25,832 nt of DNA from an uncultured Spirochaetaceae bacterium (GCA_964529055.1 CAZGUL010000002.1:282-26113); one strand, 5' to 3'; numbered from the stretch's first letter, positions 16,026-23,948 are shown. The notes: generated by a model not told the origin, from the letters alone. Translations and numbers: made by a program.

Positions 16026-17360
16026 TCACGCGATCAGTACGGTGCCTTCCGGGTAGACCGAGACTTCGCGGCAACTTCGCGCGATCGGCAGGGACATCGC
16101 GATTAGTCCGACCCTTCCGGCAAACATGGTCAGGATGAGAACGACTTTGCCGGCTCCCGACAGGTGCGATGTCGCACCCAGCGAAAGACCCACCGTCCCG
16201 AAAGCGGAGACCGTCTCGAAAAGAAGATCGAGAAAGGACGGAGCTCCCGCGGATCGGGAGAGCGTTTCCGTTACGGAAAGCGCGAAAGCGGACATACCGA
16301 CAAGGGTCACCGCTTTCAAAACGAGAAGCCCCGCCGAAGTCGTCGTCTTCTTCGTAAGACGGCGGCCGTCGACGACTATGTCGCCGTACTCGTCCCCATG
16401 GCGGAACAGATACATAAGCACGATAAAGAACGCCGTGACCTTCACTCCGCCCGCGATGGAGACGGGCGCTCCGCCCACGAACATAAGGAACATGGCAAGA
16501 ACCTTCGACGGCAGGGTCATCGCTCCCTGGTCCAGCACGTTGAAACCGGCCGTCCTCGGCGTGACGGACTGAAACAGCGCATTCACCAGGCGATCTTTTC
16601 CGGACAGCGGAGCGAGCAGGTTTTCCGCCTCGAACAGATAGAACATCGCGCAGCCGCCCGCCAGAAGCAGAAAAGTCATCGTTACAACGATCTTTGTATG
16701 ATAGGTGATCCGATATCTGCGCCTCCATACACCGATCGCCAGTTCCTGTATGACCACGAAGCTCAGGCCCCCGGACACGATGAGCCCCATCACGATAAGA
16801 AGAAGAAAAGAGTTCCCCGCGAAACCGGCGAGGCTGTCGCTGAAGGTCGAAAACCCGGCGTTGCAGAAGGCCGAAACTGAATGGAAAACAGCGGTGAAAA
16901 GCGAGGCGGGAGTCCCGGCCGCGGAAAAACGGAAATACAGAAACAGGGCTCCGGCGGTCTCGATGCATATCGTAAACAGCAGGATGTTTCGTATTATACG
17001 GGCGGGATTCTGCTCGACGGTCCCCATGTAGTACGCCCGGATCATTCTCGACTTGTTGAGCGAGATGCGAAGCCCGGGAATGATGAGGTAAATTGTGGTG
17101 AAGGTGATCACGCCCAATCCGCCGAACTGGATCAGGAAAAGGATCACAGTCTGCCCGAACCTGCTGTACGAGGCCGTATCCACCGTGATGAGCCCTGTCA
17201 CGCAGACCGCCGAGGTCGCGGTGAACAGAGCGTCGAGCCGCGAAAGCCTTCCCTGACCATTCCATGCCGAAGGAAGGGACAGCAGGATCGCTCCGACAAG
17301 AATTATCAGAATAAAATAGCCGAAGAGAACGAACTTGTCGGAGGAAACGATCCTTCTCAT
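16026..17360 (-). CDS. ktrB: Ktr/Trk K+ uptake membrane subunit
   Basis: Four pore motifs: TATSAVCVTGL, SAFCNAGFS, TPRTAGF and SAFGTVGLS; gate GG.K and MFAGRVG. Confidence 0.92.
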   Translation of the reverse strand: MRRIVSSDKFVLFGYFILIILVGAILLSLPSAWNGQGRLSRLDALFTATSAVCVTGLITVDTASYSRFGQTVILFLIQFGGLGVITFTTIYLIIPGLRISLNKSRMIRAYYMGTVEQNPARIIRNILLFTICIETAGALFLYFRFSAAGTPASLFTAVFHSVSAFCNAGFSTFSDSLAGFAGNSFLLLIVMGLIVSGGLSFVVIQELAIGVWRRRYRITYHTKIVVTMTFLLLAGGCAMFYLFEAENLLAPLSGKDRLVNALFQSVTPRTAGFNVLDQGAMTLPSKVLAMFLMFVGGAPVSIAGGVKVTAFFIVLMYLFRHGDEYGDIVVDGRRLTKKTTTSAGLLVLKAVTLVGMSAFALSVTETLSRSAGAPSFLDLLFETVSAFGTVGLSLGATSHLSGAGKVVLILTMFAGRVGLIAMSLPIARSCREVSVYPEGTVLIA

Positions 17361-18031
17361 ATTTTAAGCCTGTATCCGACGCCCGGTTCGGTTATCAGCA
17401 CCGCGGGACGGGAGGGTTCCGTTTCAATTTTCTTCCTAAGGCCGTTGATGTAGACCCTGAGATTGTTCGCGTCCTGTCCCTCGTGCCTTCCCCAGACCTC
17501 GGAGATGAGCTGGTCGTGGGTGACGATCTTTCCTGGATGTTGAACAAGAAAGCGCAGAATGGAGTACTCCGTCGGCGTGATCTTGACGCTTTCATCGCCG
17601 CACGCGACTGTCCTGTTCACCAGGTCGACGGACAGCCGCCCGACACGCACCTCCGTCCCGACATCCGGAGGGAAACGACGCCTCAGCGCGACCCGGATCC
17701 GCGCGACAAGCTCAGCGGTGTTGAACGGCTTGACCAGATAGTCGTCGGCGCCGGAATTCAGAAGCTGGACGATATCGGCTTCCCCGTTCCGCACGGAAAG
17801 AACGATGACAGGCACCTGCGATCCGGCCCTGAGGGCTTTCAGGACTTCCAGGCCCTCCATATCGGGAAGACCAAGGTCAAGCAGGACGATGTCGGGCTTG
17901 ATTCCCGCGAACCGCTGAATTCCGTCGCCGCCCCGGCCTTCCTCGCGCACGCTGAAACCCTGCTTTTCCAGACTTATCCGCAGAAGACGCCTGATATGCT
18001 TATCGTCCTCGATTACCAGCACTTCCGTCAT
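17357..18031 (-). CDS. kdpE: OmpR-family response regulator KdpE
   Basis: Start at 18031 (MTEVLVIEDD; ATGA overlap with kdpD). LLDLGLPD, GADDYLVKPF, LRVYINGLRKKIE..PSRP..LITEPGVGYRL. Confidence 0.88.
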   Translation of the reverse strand: MTEVLVIEDDKHIRRLLRISLEKQGFSVREEGRGGDGIQRFAGIKPDIVLLDLGLPDMEGLEVLKALRAGSQVPVIVLSVRNGEADIVQLLNSGADDYLVKPFNTAELVARIRVALRRRFPPDVGTEVRVGRLSVDLVNRTVACGDESVKITPTEYSILRFLVQHPGKIVTHDQLISEVWGRHEGQDANNLRVYINGLRKKIETEPSRPAVLITEPGVGYRLKI

Positions 18032-19968
18032 ATTTCCTCGCTTTCGACGGGCCGAACGCAGCCGGGAACCGACACCTCGATGCACAGTCCTCCGCCCGGT
18101 CGGGGCGATGCCAGAATCGTACCCCCGTGGGCTTCGATGATCCCCCTGCAGATCGACAAGCCAAGTCCGAAACCGGCTTCCGACTCCGTATTCGCTCCGC
18201 GATAAAACTTCTCGAAAATGAACGGCATCTGGTCCAGCGGGACTCCGGGTCCCGAATCGCAGACCCGGAGCCGGAGACCGCCCCCCTGCACCATCCCCAT
18301 CAGCCAGATCTGCGTTCCCGCAGGCGTATGACGCACGACGTTCTGCAGCAGATTGGTCAGGACCTGCACGAACAGCACGAAATCCACTTCGAGCTGACAG
18401 GACCCGCTCTGGACCGACACCTCGACCGTATACCCCTGCAGGTCCCGCGAAAGAGAATCAAGTACTACGCCGATGACGTCTTCGATCAATACCGGTTCCT
18501 TCCGGAGCTTCAGGTTCTTCGATTCCAGGCGGCTCATGGAAAGGAGGTTCTCGACGATGGAATTCAGTTTTTCGGATGCCTGCAGGACTTCGTCGAGAAG
18601 GTCCGCCCTTGCCTGGGGATCTTCCGCCGTCGACGGCTCCATCATGGCGGTCACGGCGCCTTTTATCGTCGTGAGGGGAGTCCTGAGTTCGTGGGACACG
18701 AGATTCAGAAGAATCTTTCCGAGCCGCTCCGATTCCGCCGTCACCAGGCTTTTCTGCTTCGCCTGCGTCAGCTGCTCACGCTCGAGGGCCTGAGAAAGGC
18801 TCTGCAGCACCGTAAGGAGAAGATCTTCCTGCTCCGCACTCCAGAGCTTGTCGTACGAAAGCCGGATACCGAAAACCCCCACGACCGAATCCGGCGTCGC
18901 CAGGGGAATGTAGTGGAACATCGCGGTTTCGAAATTCTGGGCATAGCGGCCGCATATCCTGTTGTTCTGGAAACACCATTCCGCGGTTTTTCTTTCTTCG
19001 CCGGGAAGCTTGAACTCCCGGATGCTGTAGACTCTATCCGCGAGACATTGACGTTCGTCTCCGGATATCATGATGCATTGCCCGCCGAGCTGATGCTCGA
19101 TGCCGGTCAGGCTGGAAATGATCAGGTCCTCGGTCGTTTTCTTTTCTGAAAGCCCTTCCACGAAATTGTAGAGAAAGGACATCCGTTCTTCCCGCATTTC
19201 CAGCATATCCGCGTTTGTCCGGACACGGGTGGCCAGGAACCCCGTTGTCAGCGCGGTCACGAAGAACATCAGGAACATCAGCATGTCCTCCGCCGATCCG
19301 ATCGTGAAAGTGTTGAGGGGGGGAATAAAGAAGAAGTTCCAGCTCACGGCCGCAAGGACTGCGGCGAGCAGCACCGTCGTCCGCTTCAGGAAAAAAGCGA
19401 GCGCGGTGATGACCAGAAGGTATACGATTGAAATACCGTGATAGCCGAAGACCGGGCGTATCATCATGGTGAATATCGTTACCGCGGATACGATGCCCAA
19501 TCCCGCGAGGGGTTGGAGAAATGGGGCGTTTTTCCAGATGAACCGGAATTGCCGATCCTTTTTTTTCGCCTCGAAATCCTTCTCCTGTAGGACAAGAACG
19601 TCAATGGGACCGCTCCGGCGGAGTATCTGGCGGGAGAGGTACGATCGGGAGCGGAAACGCAAGGCGCCGTGCGGGCCGGATTTTCCGATGATTATCTGCG
19701 TGGCGCCCTTCATGCGGGCATACCCGACGATGGCCGCCGCGACATCATCCGATGTCAGCGCTCCTATTTCCGCACCAAGGCGCCGCGCAAGATCAAGGTT
19801 CTTCCGGAGCACGTCCCGCCCCTCGGAACGCGACTCCCCCGGTACATCGACGTGCAGGACGGTCCACCGGGCATTGAGGGGACCAACAAGTTCATGGGTC
19901 CACCGGATCAGGTATTCCGAATGAGGACTTGAGCTGATGGCAACCAGAAAATGCTTTTTCTCCGCCAT
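18028..19968 (-). CDS. kdpD: KdpD-like sensor histidine kinase lacking the N-terminal KdpD domain (USP - 4TM DUF4118 - GAF - HisKA - HATPase)
   Basis: USP (LVAISSSP...QIIIGKS), WNFFFIPP..TF TM motif, VSHELRTPLT, NLLQNVVRH, DSGPG, FEKFYR and GLGLSIC. Confidence 0.88.
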   Translation of the reverse strand: MAEKKHFLVAISSSPHSEYLIRWTHELVGPLNARWTVLHVDVPGESRSEGRDVLRKNLDLARRLGAEIGALTSDDVAAAIVGYARMKGATQIIIGKSGPHGALRFRSRSYLSRQILRRSGPIDVLVLQEKDFEAKKKDRQFRFIWKNAPFLQPLAGLGIVSAVTIFTMMIRPVFGYHGISIVYLLVITALAFFLKRTTVLLAAVLAAVSWNFFFIPPLNTFTIGSAEDMLMFLMFFVTALTTGFLATRVRTNADMLEMREERMSFLYNFVEGLSEKKTTEDLIISSLTGIEHQLGGQCIMISGDERQCLADRVYSIREFKLPGEERKTAEWCFQNNRICGRYAQNFETAMFHYIPLATPDSVVGVFGIRLSYDKLWSAEQEDLLLTVLQSLSQALEREQLTQAKQKSLVTAESERLGKILLNLVSHELRTPLTTIKGAVTAMMEPSTAEDPQARADLLDEVLQASEKLNSIVENLLSMSRLESKNLKLRKEPVLIEDVIGVVLDSLSRDLQGYTVEVSVQSGSCQLEVDFVLFVQVLTNLLQNVVRHTPAGTQIWLMGMVQGGGLRLRVCDSGPGVPLDQMPFIFEKFYRGANTESEAGFGLGLSICRGIIEAHGGTILASPRPGGGLCIEVSVPGCVRPVESEEI

Positions 19969-19974
19969 AAGACA

Positions 19975-20003
19975 ATAGTAAACCTCCGGTTCCGCAGAGT
20001 AAA
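19975..20003 (-). promoter_or_regulatory. Candidate sigma70 promoter of kdpD-kdpE-ktrB-ktrA (likely leaderless)
   Basis: TTTACT (20003-19998) - 17 nt - TACTAT (19980-19975); ATG 6 nt later. Confidence 0.6.
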
Positions 20004-20014
20004 TTCGGAGGATA

Positions 20015-20052
20015 TTAAAATTGCGGGAAATCCCGTTAAAAAGGCATTAAAA
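20015..20052 (-). repeat. Helically phased TTTTAA direct repeats (candidate KdpE sites)
   Basis: TTAAAA on the + strand at 20015, 20036 and 20047 (spacings 21 and 11), with a degenerate TTTCCC copy at 20025-20030. Confidence 0.55.
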
Positions 20053-20066
20053 TTTTCCGCCGGCTC

Positions 20067-21356
20067 CTACTCCAGGGCCTTGAACAGGATGGCCGACAGG
20101 AAGCCGAAAAGGGTTGCGAGCCCCGTCACGGAACCGCCCTTGCTGTACGCCTCCGGCAGCATCGTTTCGGCGATCATCGTCAGCATCGCTCCCGCCGCCG
20201 TCCCCTCAAGCAGCGTGAAAAGGAAGGGCGGCATTCCTTCGAAGAACAGATTGCCCGCCAGTGAACCGACCCCGGTCATCACCATCAGCGACGTCCACAT
20301 GATCAGGATCCGGGAATACGAGTAGTTGTTCTTCCGCATCGACGCGGAGCTGGAAAGCGCCTCGGGAAAATTCGACAGGAAAAGCCCCGCGAGCAGGGAA
20401 AGGCTTATCCGGGAATGCACCATGCTGGATCCGATGACCAGGGACTCGGGGATGCCGTCCAGGAGCATTCCCAGCCAGATGGCCAGGGGGGCGTGGGAAT
20501 GGGCGGAGGCGGCCTCGCGGATTTCCACGGCAGTCGGGGCGCAATGCTCCTCGCCCAGGTGGCCGGCGGCCTTCCGCATCCAGCGTTCGGCTTCCTCTTC
20601 CGGAATGACCTTTCGCTCCTTCAGGGCCGCGATGCGCTCCTCCGCGACGCGGCGGAAGATCCTCATCAGGGTCGGGGACGTGGCGACCAGCCGGTCGAAG
20701 GAATCCTTGAAGACGATCCAGAGCCGGACGTCCCCGGCCGCGACCGCCGAGGCCGAACGGGGTTCGCCGGTTATCAGGGCCATTTCCCCGAAGACATCCC
20801 CGGGACCCAGCGTCGCGAGCTTCTCCCCCCGCCGGAAGTCCACGATGTCCACGGAGCCCTCCTCCACGATGAAGAGGCTGTCCCCCGGCTCGCCCTGGCG
20901 GATGATGGTGGAGCCTTTTTTGCAGACCCGGCCGGCGATGGAAGGGACCAGGGCGGCGATTTCCTCCGGCGGGAGCCCGTTGAAGAGCGGTATGCCCCCG
21001 AGCCTGCGGAAAAGGACCTTGAGTTTCCGGGCTTTCAGCTTGCGCATGTATCTCTGGGTCGTGGCGGCCTTGCGTAGGAAGGCGCCTTTTCCGTTCAGGA
21101 CCTGGTTGAGCCCCTCGAACAGGAATCCCCCGAAGGCTGCGCCGATCACCAGCGGAAGAAAATGCCTGTGGCGGACGGCTTCGGCGACCAGATCGACCGT
21201 GAGGGCGGACAGAAGTGCCCCGGCCCCGAAAGCGGTCAGGGCCGCCAGGACCCTGTCCCGGGGAGACCGGAACCGCGCCGCGGCCGCCCCCAATGGCAGC
21301 GACACCGCGCTTATGAGGCCCACGAGAAAAGCGCCCAGGAGAGGATTTTCCGGCAT
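20067..21356 (-). CDS. ZIP-family metal transporter with a cyclic-nucleotide-binding domain inserted in the TM3-TM4 loop
   Basis: ZIP motifs FGAGALL (TM2), LDGIPE (TM4), SNFPE (TM5) and AAGAMLTMIAETMLPEA (TM7). cNMP domain IIRQGEPGDSLFIVEEG.V...GDVFGEMALITGEPRSASAVA. AAGGAGG RBS. Confidence 0.88.
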   Translation of the reverse strand: MPENPLLGAFLVGLISAVSLPLGAAAARFRSPRDRVLAALTAFGAGALLSALTVDLVAEAVRHRHFLPLVIGAAFGGFLFEGLNQVLNGKGAFLRKAATTQRYMRKLKARKLKVLFRRLGGIPLFNGLPPEEIAALVPSIAGRVCKKGSTIIRQGEPGDSLFIVEEGSVDIVDFRRGEKLATLGPGDVFGEMALITGEPRSASAVAAGDVRLWIVFKDSFDRLVATSPTLMRIFRRVAEERIAALKERKVIPEEEAERWMRKAAGHLGEEHCAPTAVEIREAASAHSHAPLAIWLGMLLDGIPESLVIGSSMVHSRISLSLLAGLFLSNFPEALSSSASMRKNNYSYSRILIMWTSLMVMTGVGSLAGNLFFEGMPPFLFTLLEGTAAGAMLTMIAETMLPEAYSKGGSVTGLATLFGFLSAILFKALE

Positions 21357-21380
21357 GGATCTCCTCCTTCCCGGGCATCG

Positions 21381-21389
21381 ATTATAGCA
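21381..21389 (-). promoter_or_regulatory. Extended -10 promoter (TGcTATAAT) for the ZIP-cNMP gene
   Basis: Minus strand reads TGCTATAAT, 24 nt upstream of the ATG; no clear -35. Confidence 0.6.
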
Positions 21390-21401
21390 TGATTTCGTGT
21401 T

Positions 21402-21623
21402 CTATGCGGATTTTCTCGCCGCCGCCGCGTGGTTCGGGATCTCCCGCAGATAATCCGTCCGCAGCAGGGTTTCGAAAAGGCGGCGCGGCATGCTTTCGAT
21501 CTTCTCGACTTCATGGCCGTCCCGGAAAACGACGATCGCCACCTCCAGGACGTCCCCGCTTTCCGCCAGGATGTTCAGGAATGACTCCGAACCGGGATGC
21601 GATTTCACCTTGTACTGAAACAT
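21402..21623 (-). CDS. Small hypothetical protein, 73 aa (MFQYKVKSHPGSESFLNIL...)
   Basis: Forms the 3' part of track ORF 21402..21992. ATG at 21623 has a GGAGGG RBS, and the ORF fills an otherwise empty gap with normal protein composition. Confidence 0.7.
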   Translation of the reverse strand: MFQYKVKSHPGSESFLNILAESGDVLEVAIVVFRDGHEVEKIESMPRRLFETLLRTDYLREIPNHAAAARKSA

Positions 21624-21744
21624 GGTTCCCTCCCCGAAAGGTTTCTGCCTTGTTTTTCGGCGGAATTCCCTCGCGGCCTGAGAGGTATCCGGTCCGCCGC
21701 GGCGGCTTTCCTTTCCGGCCCCCGGTGAGTATTTTAGACGTACC

Positions 21745-22911
21745 ATGCGCATCGACGTTGCCCGCGCGATCGGGGAAATACCGAGAAACGACTGGAACTC
21801 CCTCGTGGCGGACGGCGATCTGCCGTTCCTGGAATGGGATTGGCTCGCGGCGCTGGAGGAGTCGGGCAGCGCCGCCCCGGAAACGGGCTGGCTGCCGCTG
21901 CACATCACCGTGCGGGAGGGAAAGAAACTCCTGGCCGCCGCGCCGCTGTACCTGAAGACCCACAGCATGGGGGAGTTCGTCTTCGACCACATGTGGGCCC
22001 AGGCCGCGGCGACCCTGAAGAGGCCGTACTACCCGAAGCTCGTCGGCGTGGTTCCCGCGACGCCGGCCGCGGGCTACCGTTTTCTGCACCTGCCGGGGGA
22101 GGACAGGGAGGCGCTGGACCGGCTCCTGTTCGACGCCGCGGAAGACATCTGCAGGACGAACAGGATCGCCGGCCTGCACATCCTGTTCGCCGACCCGTCC
22201 TGGGCGGAGGCGGCGGCCCGGCGGGGATACCACCGCTGGACCCACCATCATTATCTTTGGGAAAATCCCGGGTTTGCCGGCTTCGGGGACTACATCGCCG
22301 CGTTTTCGAAGAACCAGCGGAAGAACATCCGGAAGGAAGCCGGCCGGGCCGACGGGCAGGGCATAGGCATCCGGATCGTCGAAGGCAGGGACGCCCCGGA
22401 GGATTACTTCCGCCGGATGTTCGAGCTGTACACGATAACCAACGACAAGTTCGTTCCCTGGGACGCCCGGTTCGTCAACGAGGACTTTTTCCTGCGCCTG
22501 GGACGGTCCTTCCGGGACAGGCTCGCCTTCGTGGAGGCCCGCCGGCCCGACGGCGGCCTTATCGCCCTGGCGATGCTGGTCCGCAAAGGCGGCCGGCTCT
22601 GGGGCCGCTACTGGGGAGCCTACGAGGAGGTCCGGGACCTGCATTTCGGCGCCTGCTACTACGCCCCCATCTCCTGGGCCATTTCCGAGGGCATCCGGAC
22701 CTTCGATCCCGGGGCGGGCTCCCCCCACAAGGTCCGCAGGGGATTCCGGGCCGTGGAGGATTACAGCTTCCACAAGCTTTTCGACCCCGCGCTGGAACGC
22801 CTCTTCGCCGACAACATCGACGAGGTCAACCGGTACGAGCGGGAAATCATCGACGAGCTCAACGCGGACCTTCCGCTGAGGGGGAATCCGCCCTCCGCAG
22901 GACCACCATGA
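21745..22911 (+). CDS. GNAT-fold protein of the DUF482/FemAB-like family
   Basis: PFLEW.WL.ALE.SG, APLYLK.HS.GEFVFDH.WA, YYPKL, RKNIRKE, LWGRYWG, LHF..CYY, FD.GAG..HK..RGF. Confidence 0.9.
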   Translation: MRIDVARAIGEIPRNDWNSLVADGDLPFLEWDWLAALEESGSAAPETGWLPLHITVREGKKLLAAAPLYLKTHSMGEFVFDHMWAQAAATLKRPYYPKLVGVVPATPAAGYRFLHLPGEDREALDRLLFDAAEDICRTNRIAGLHILFADPSWAEAAARRGYHRWTHHHYLWENPGFAGFGDYIAAFSKNQRKNIRKEAGRADGQGIGIRIVEGRDAPEDYFRRMFELYTITNDKFVPWDARFVNEDFFLRLGRSFRDRLAFVEARRPDGGLIALAMLVRKGGRLWGRYWGAYEEVRDLHFGACYYAPISWAISEGIRTFDPGAGSPHKVRRGFRAVEDYSFHKLFDPALERLFADNIDEVNRYEREIIDELNADLPLRGNPPSAGPP

Positions 22912-23908
22912 CGGGCAGGTGGTCCGAGAAGACCGGATCCGGCGAGCCGTCCGCCGCCGCGAGGAAATCCGGACCCCCCGCGAGGAAGCGCGAGAAAACG
23001 AGTCCTTCCCCGTCGAAAAGGCCGGACGCGAGAAGCGCGTGGTCGATGGTTTCCCACCGTTCCCCGTACAGGTAGGAACCCGGCAGGGGCGGGTCGTCGA
23101 GCCACGGGGAATACAGGACGATTTTTCCATCCGCCGGCGGCTCCGGGGGCCGGGAGCCCGTCACGAGAAAACCCTCCGGCGGATGGGCTGTCCCGACCGG
23201 CATCAGGGCCGTCGGGTAGCGGCCGCCGATTCTTTCATATTCGTCGGCGTTTTCATTGAGGTCGCCCAGCACGACGATGTCCGCGGCCGGGTTTTCCGCG
23301 AGAATCTCCCCGATTCTCCTGCGGACGGCTGATGCCGCGAGGATGCGGCTCTCCTCCGTCCTTTCGGCCCCCTCGGTCTTCGATTTGAAGTGGCAGACGA
23401 ACACGGTGAGGTCCGCCCCTCCCGCGTCCAGCAGGACTTCCAGCACGGGCCTCTGGGGATACCCGGCCCCGGCCGGAAGGTGGCACCGGGCGTCCCGCAC
23501 CGGGATGCGCGACAGCACCCCGACACGGACCGGGGCCCCGTCCGCGGGGGGAGCCAGGATGTACGGGTAACGACAGTTCCGGAGCGGACCGCCGCGGAGG
23601 TCTTCCAGGACGCGCAGGTTTTCGATTTCCATGAGGGCCGCGAAATCAGGCCCGCCGGGAGCCGATTCCCGGACGGCCCTGCCGACGGCGGCGAGCCTGC
23701 GCGCGTAATCGGCCGGAGTCCACTTCCCTCCCCCGGGATCGTACTCCGGATACTCGGTGCCGTCGTCCGCGGCGTCGAAGAGATTGTGGACGTTGTAGGA
23801 AAGAAGGACGAATTCACCCCCCGGCTCCGCCGGGCCGGGGCCCAGCGAGCAGCCGCCGCAGGAAGAAAGGACCAGCGCCGCGGCGCAGTACAGGAATACG
23901 CGTTTCAT
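22859..23908 (-). CDS. Endonuclease/exonuclease/phosphatase-family lipoprotein (putative extracellular nuclease)
   Basis: Lipobox-like LSSC after a short hydrophobic signal; SYNVHNL, EIEN, HFKSK, LGDLN, IDH and SDHLPV catalytic motifs. Confidence 0.88.
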   Translation of the reverse strand: MKRVFLYCAAALVLSSCGGCSLGPGPAEPGGEFVLLSYNVHNLFDAADDGTEYPEYDPGGGKWTPADYARRLAAVGRAVRESAPGGPDFAALMEIENLRVLEDLRGGPLRNCRYPYILAPPADGAPVRVGVLSRIPVRDARCHLPAGAGYPQRPVLEVLLDAGGADLTVFVCHFKSKTEGAERTEESRILAASAVRRRIGEILAENPAADIVVLGDLNENADEYERIGGRYPTALMPVGTAHPPEGFLVTGSRPPEPPADGKIVLYSPWLDDPPLPGSYLYGERWETIDHALLASGLFDGEGLVFSRFLAGGPDFLAAADGSPDPVFSDHLPVMVVLRRADSPSAEGPR

Positions 23909-23948
23909 GACGGACCGCCTCCGGCATCGGCCGGATGGTTCGGTCGCG

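Noticed and set aside
18032-18085. Longer 242-aa start for kdpE
   Set aside because: It overlaps the kdpD C-terminus. The ATG at 18031 gives the canonical receiver start and an ATGA coupling overlap.
21624-21744. SRP RNA, TPP or glycine riboswitch call for this intergenic region
   Set aside because: Only isolated words match (GGAAAGGAAAGC, CTGAGA, CTCTCAGG); the required helices and spacing are missing. Kept only as a low-interest unknown leader.
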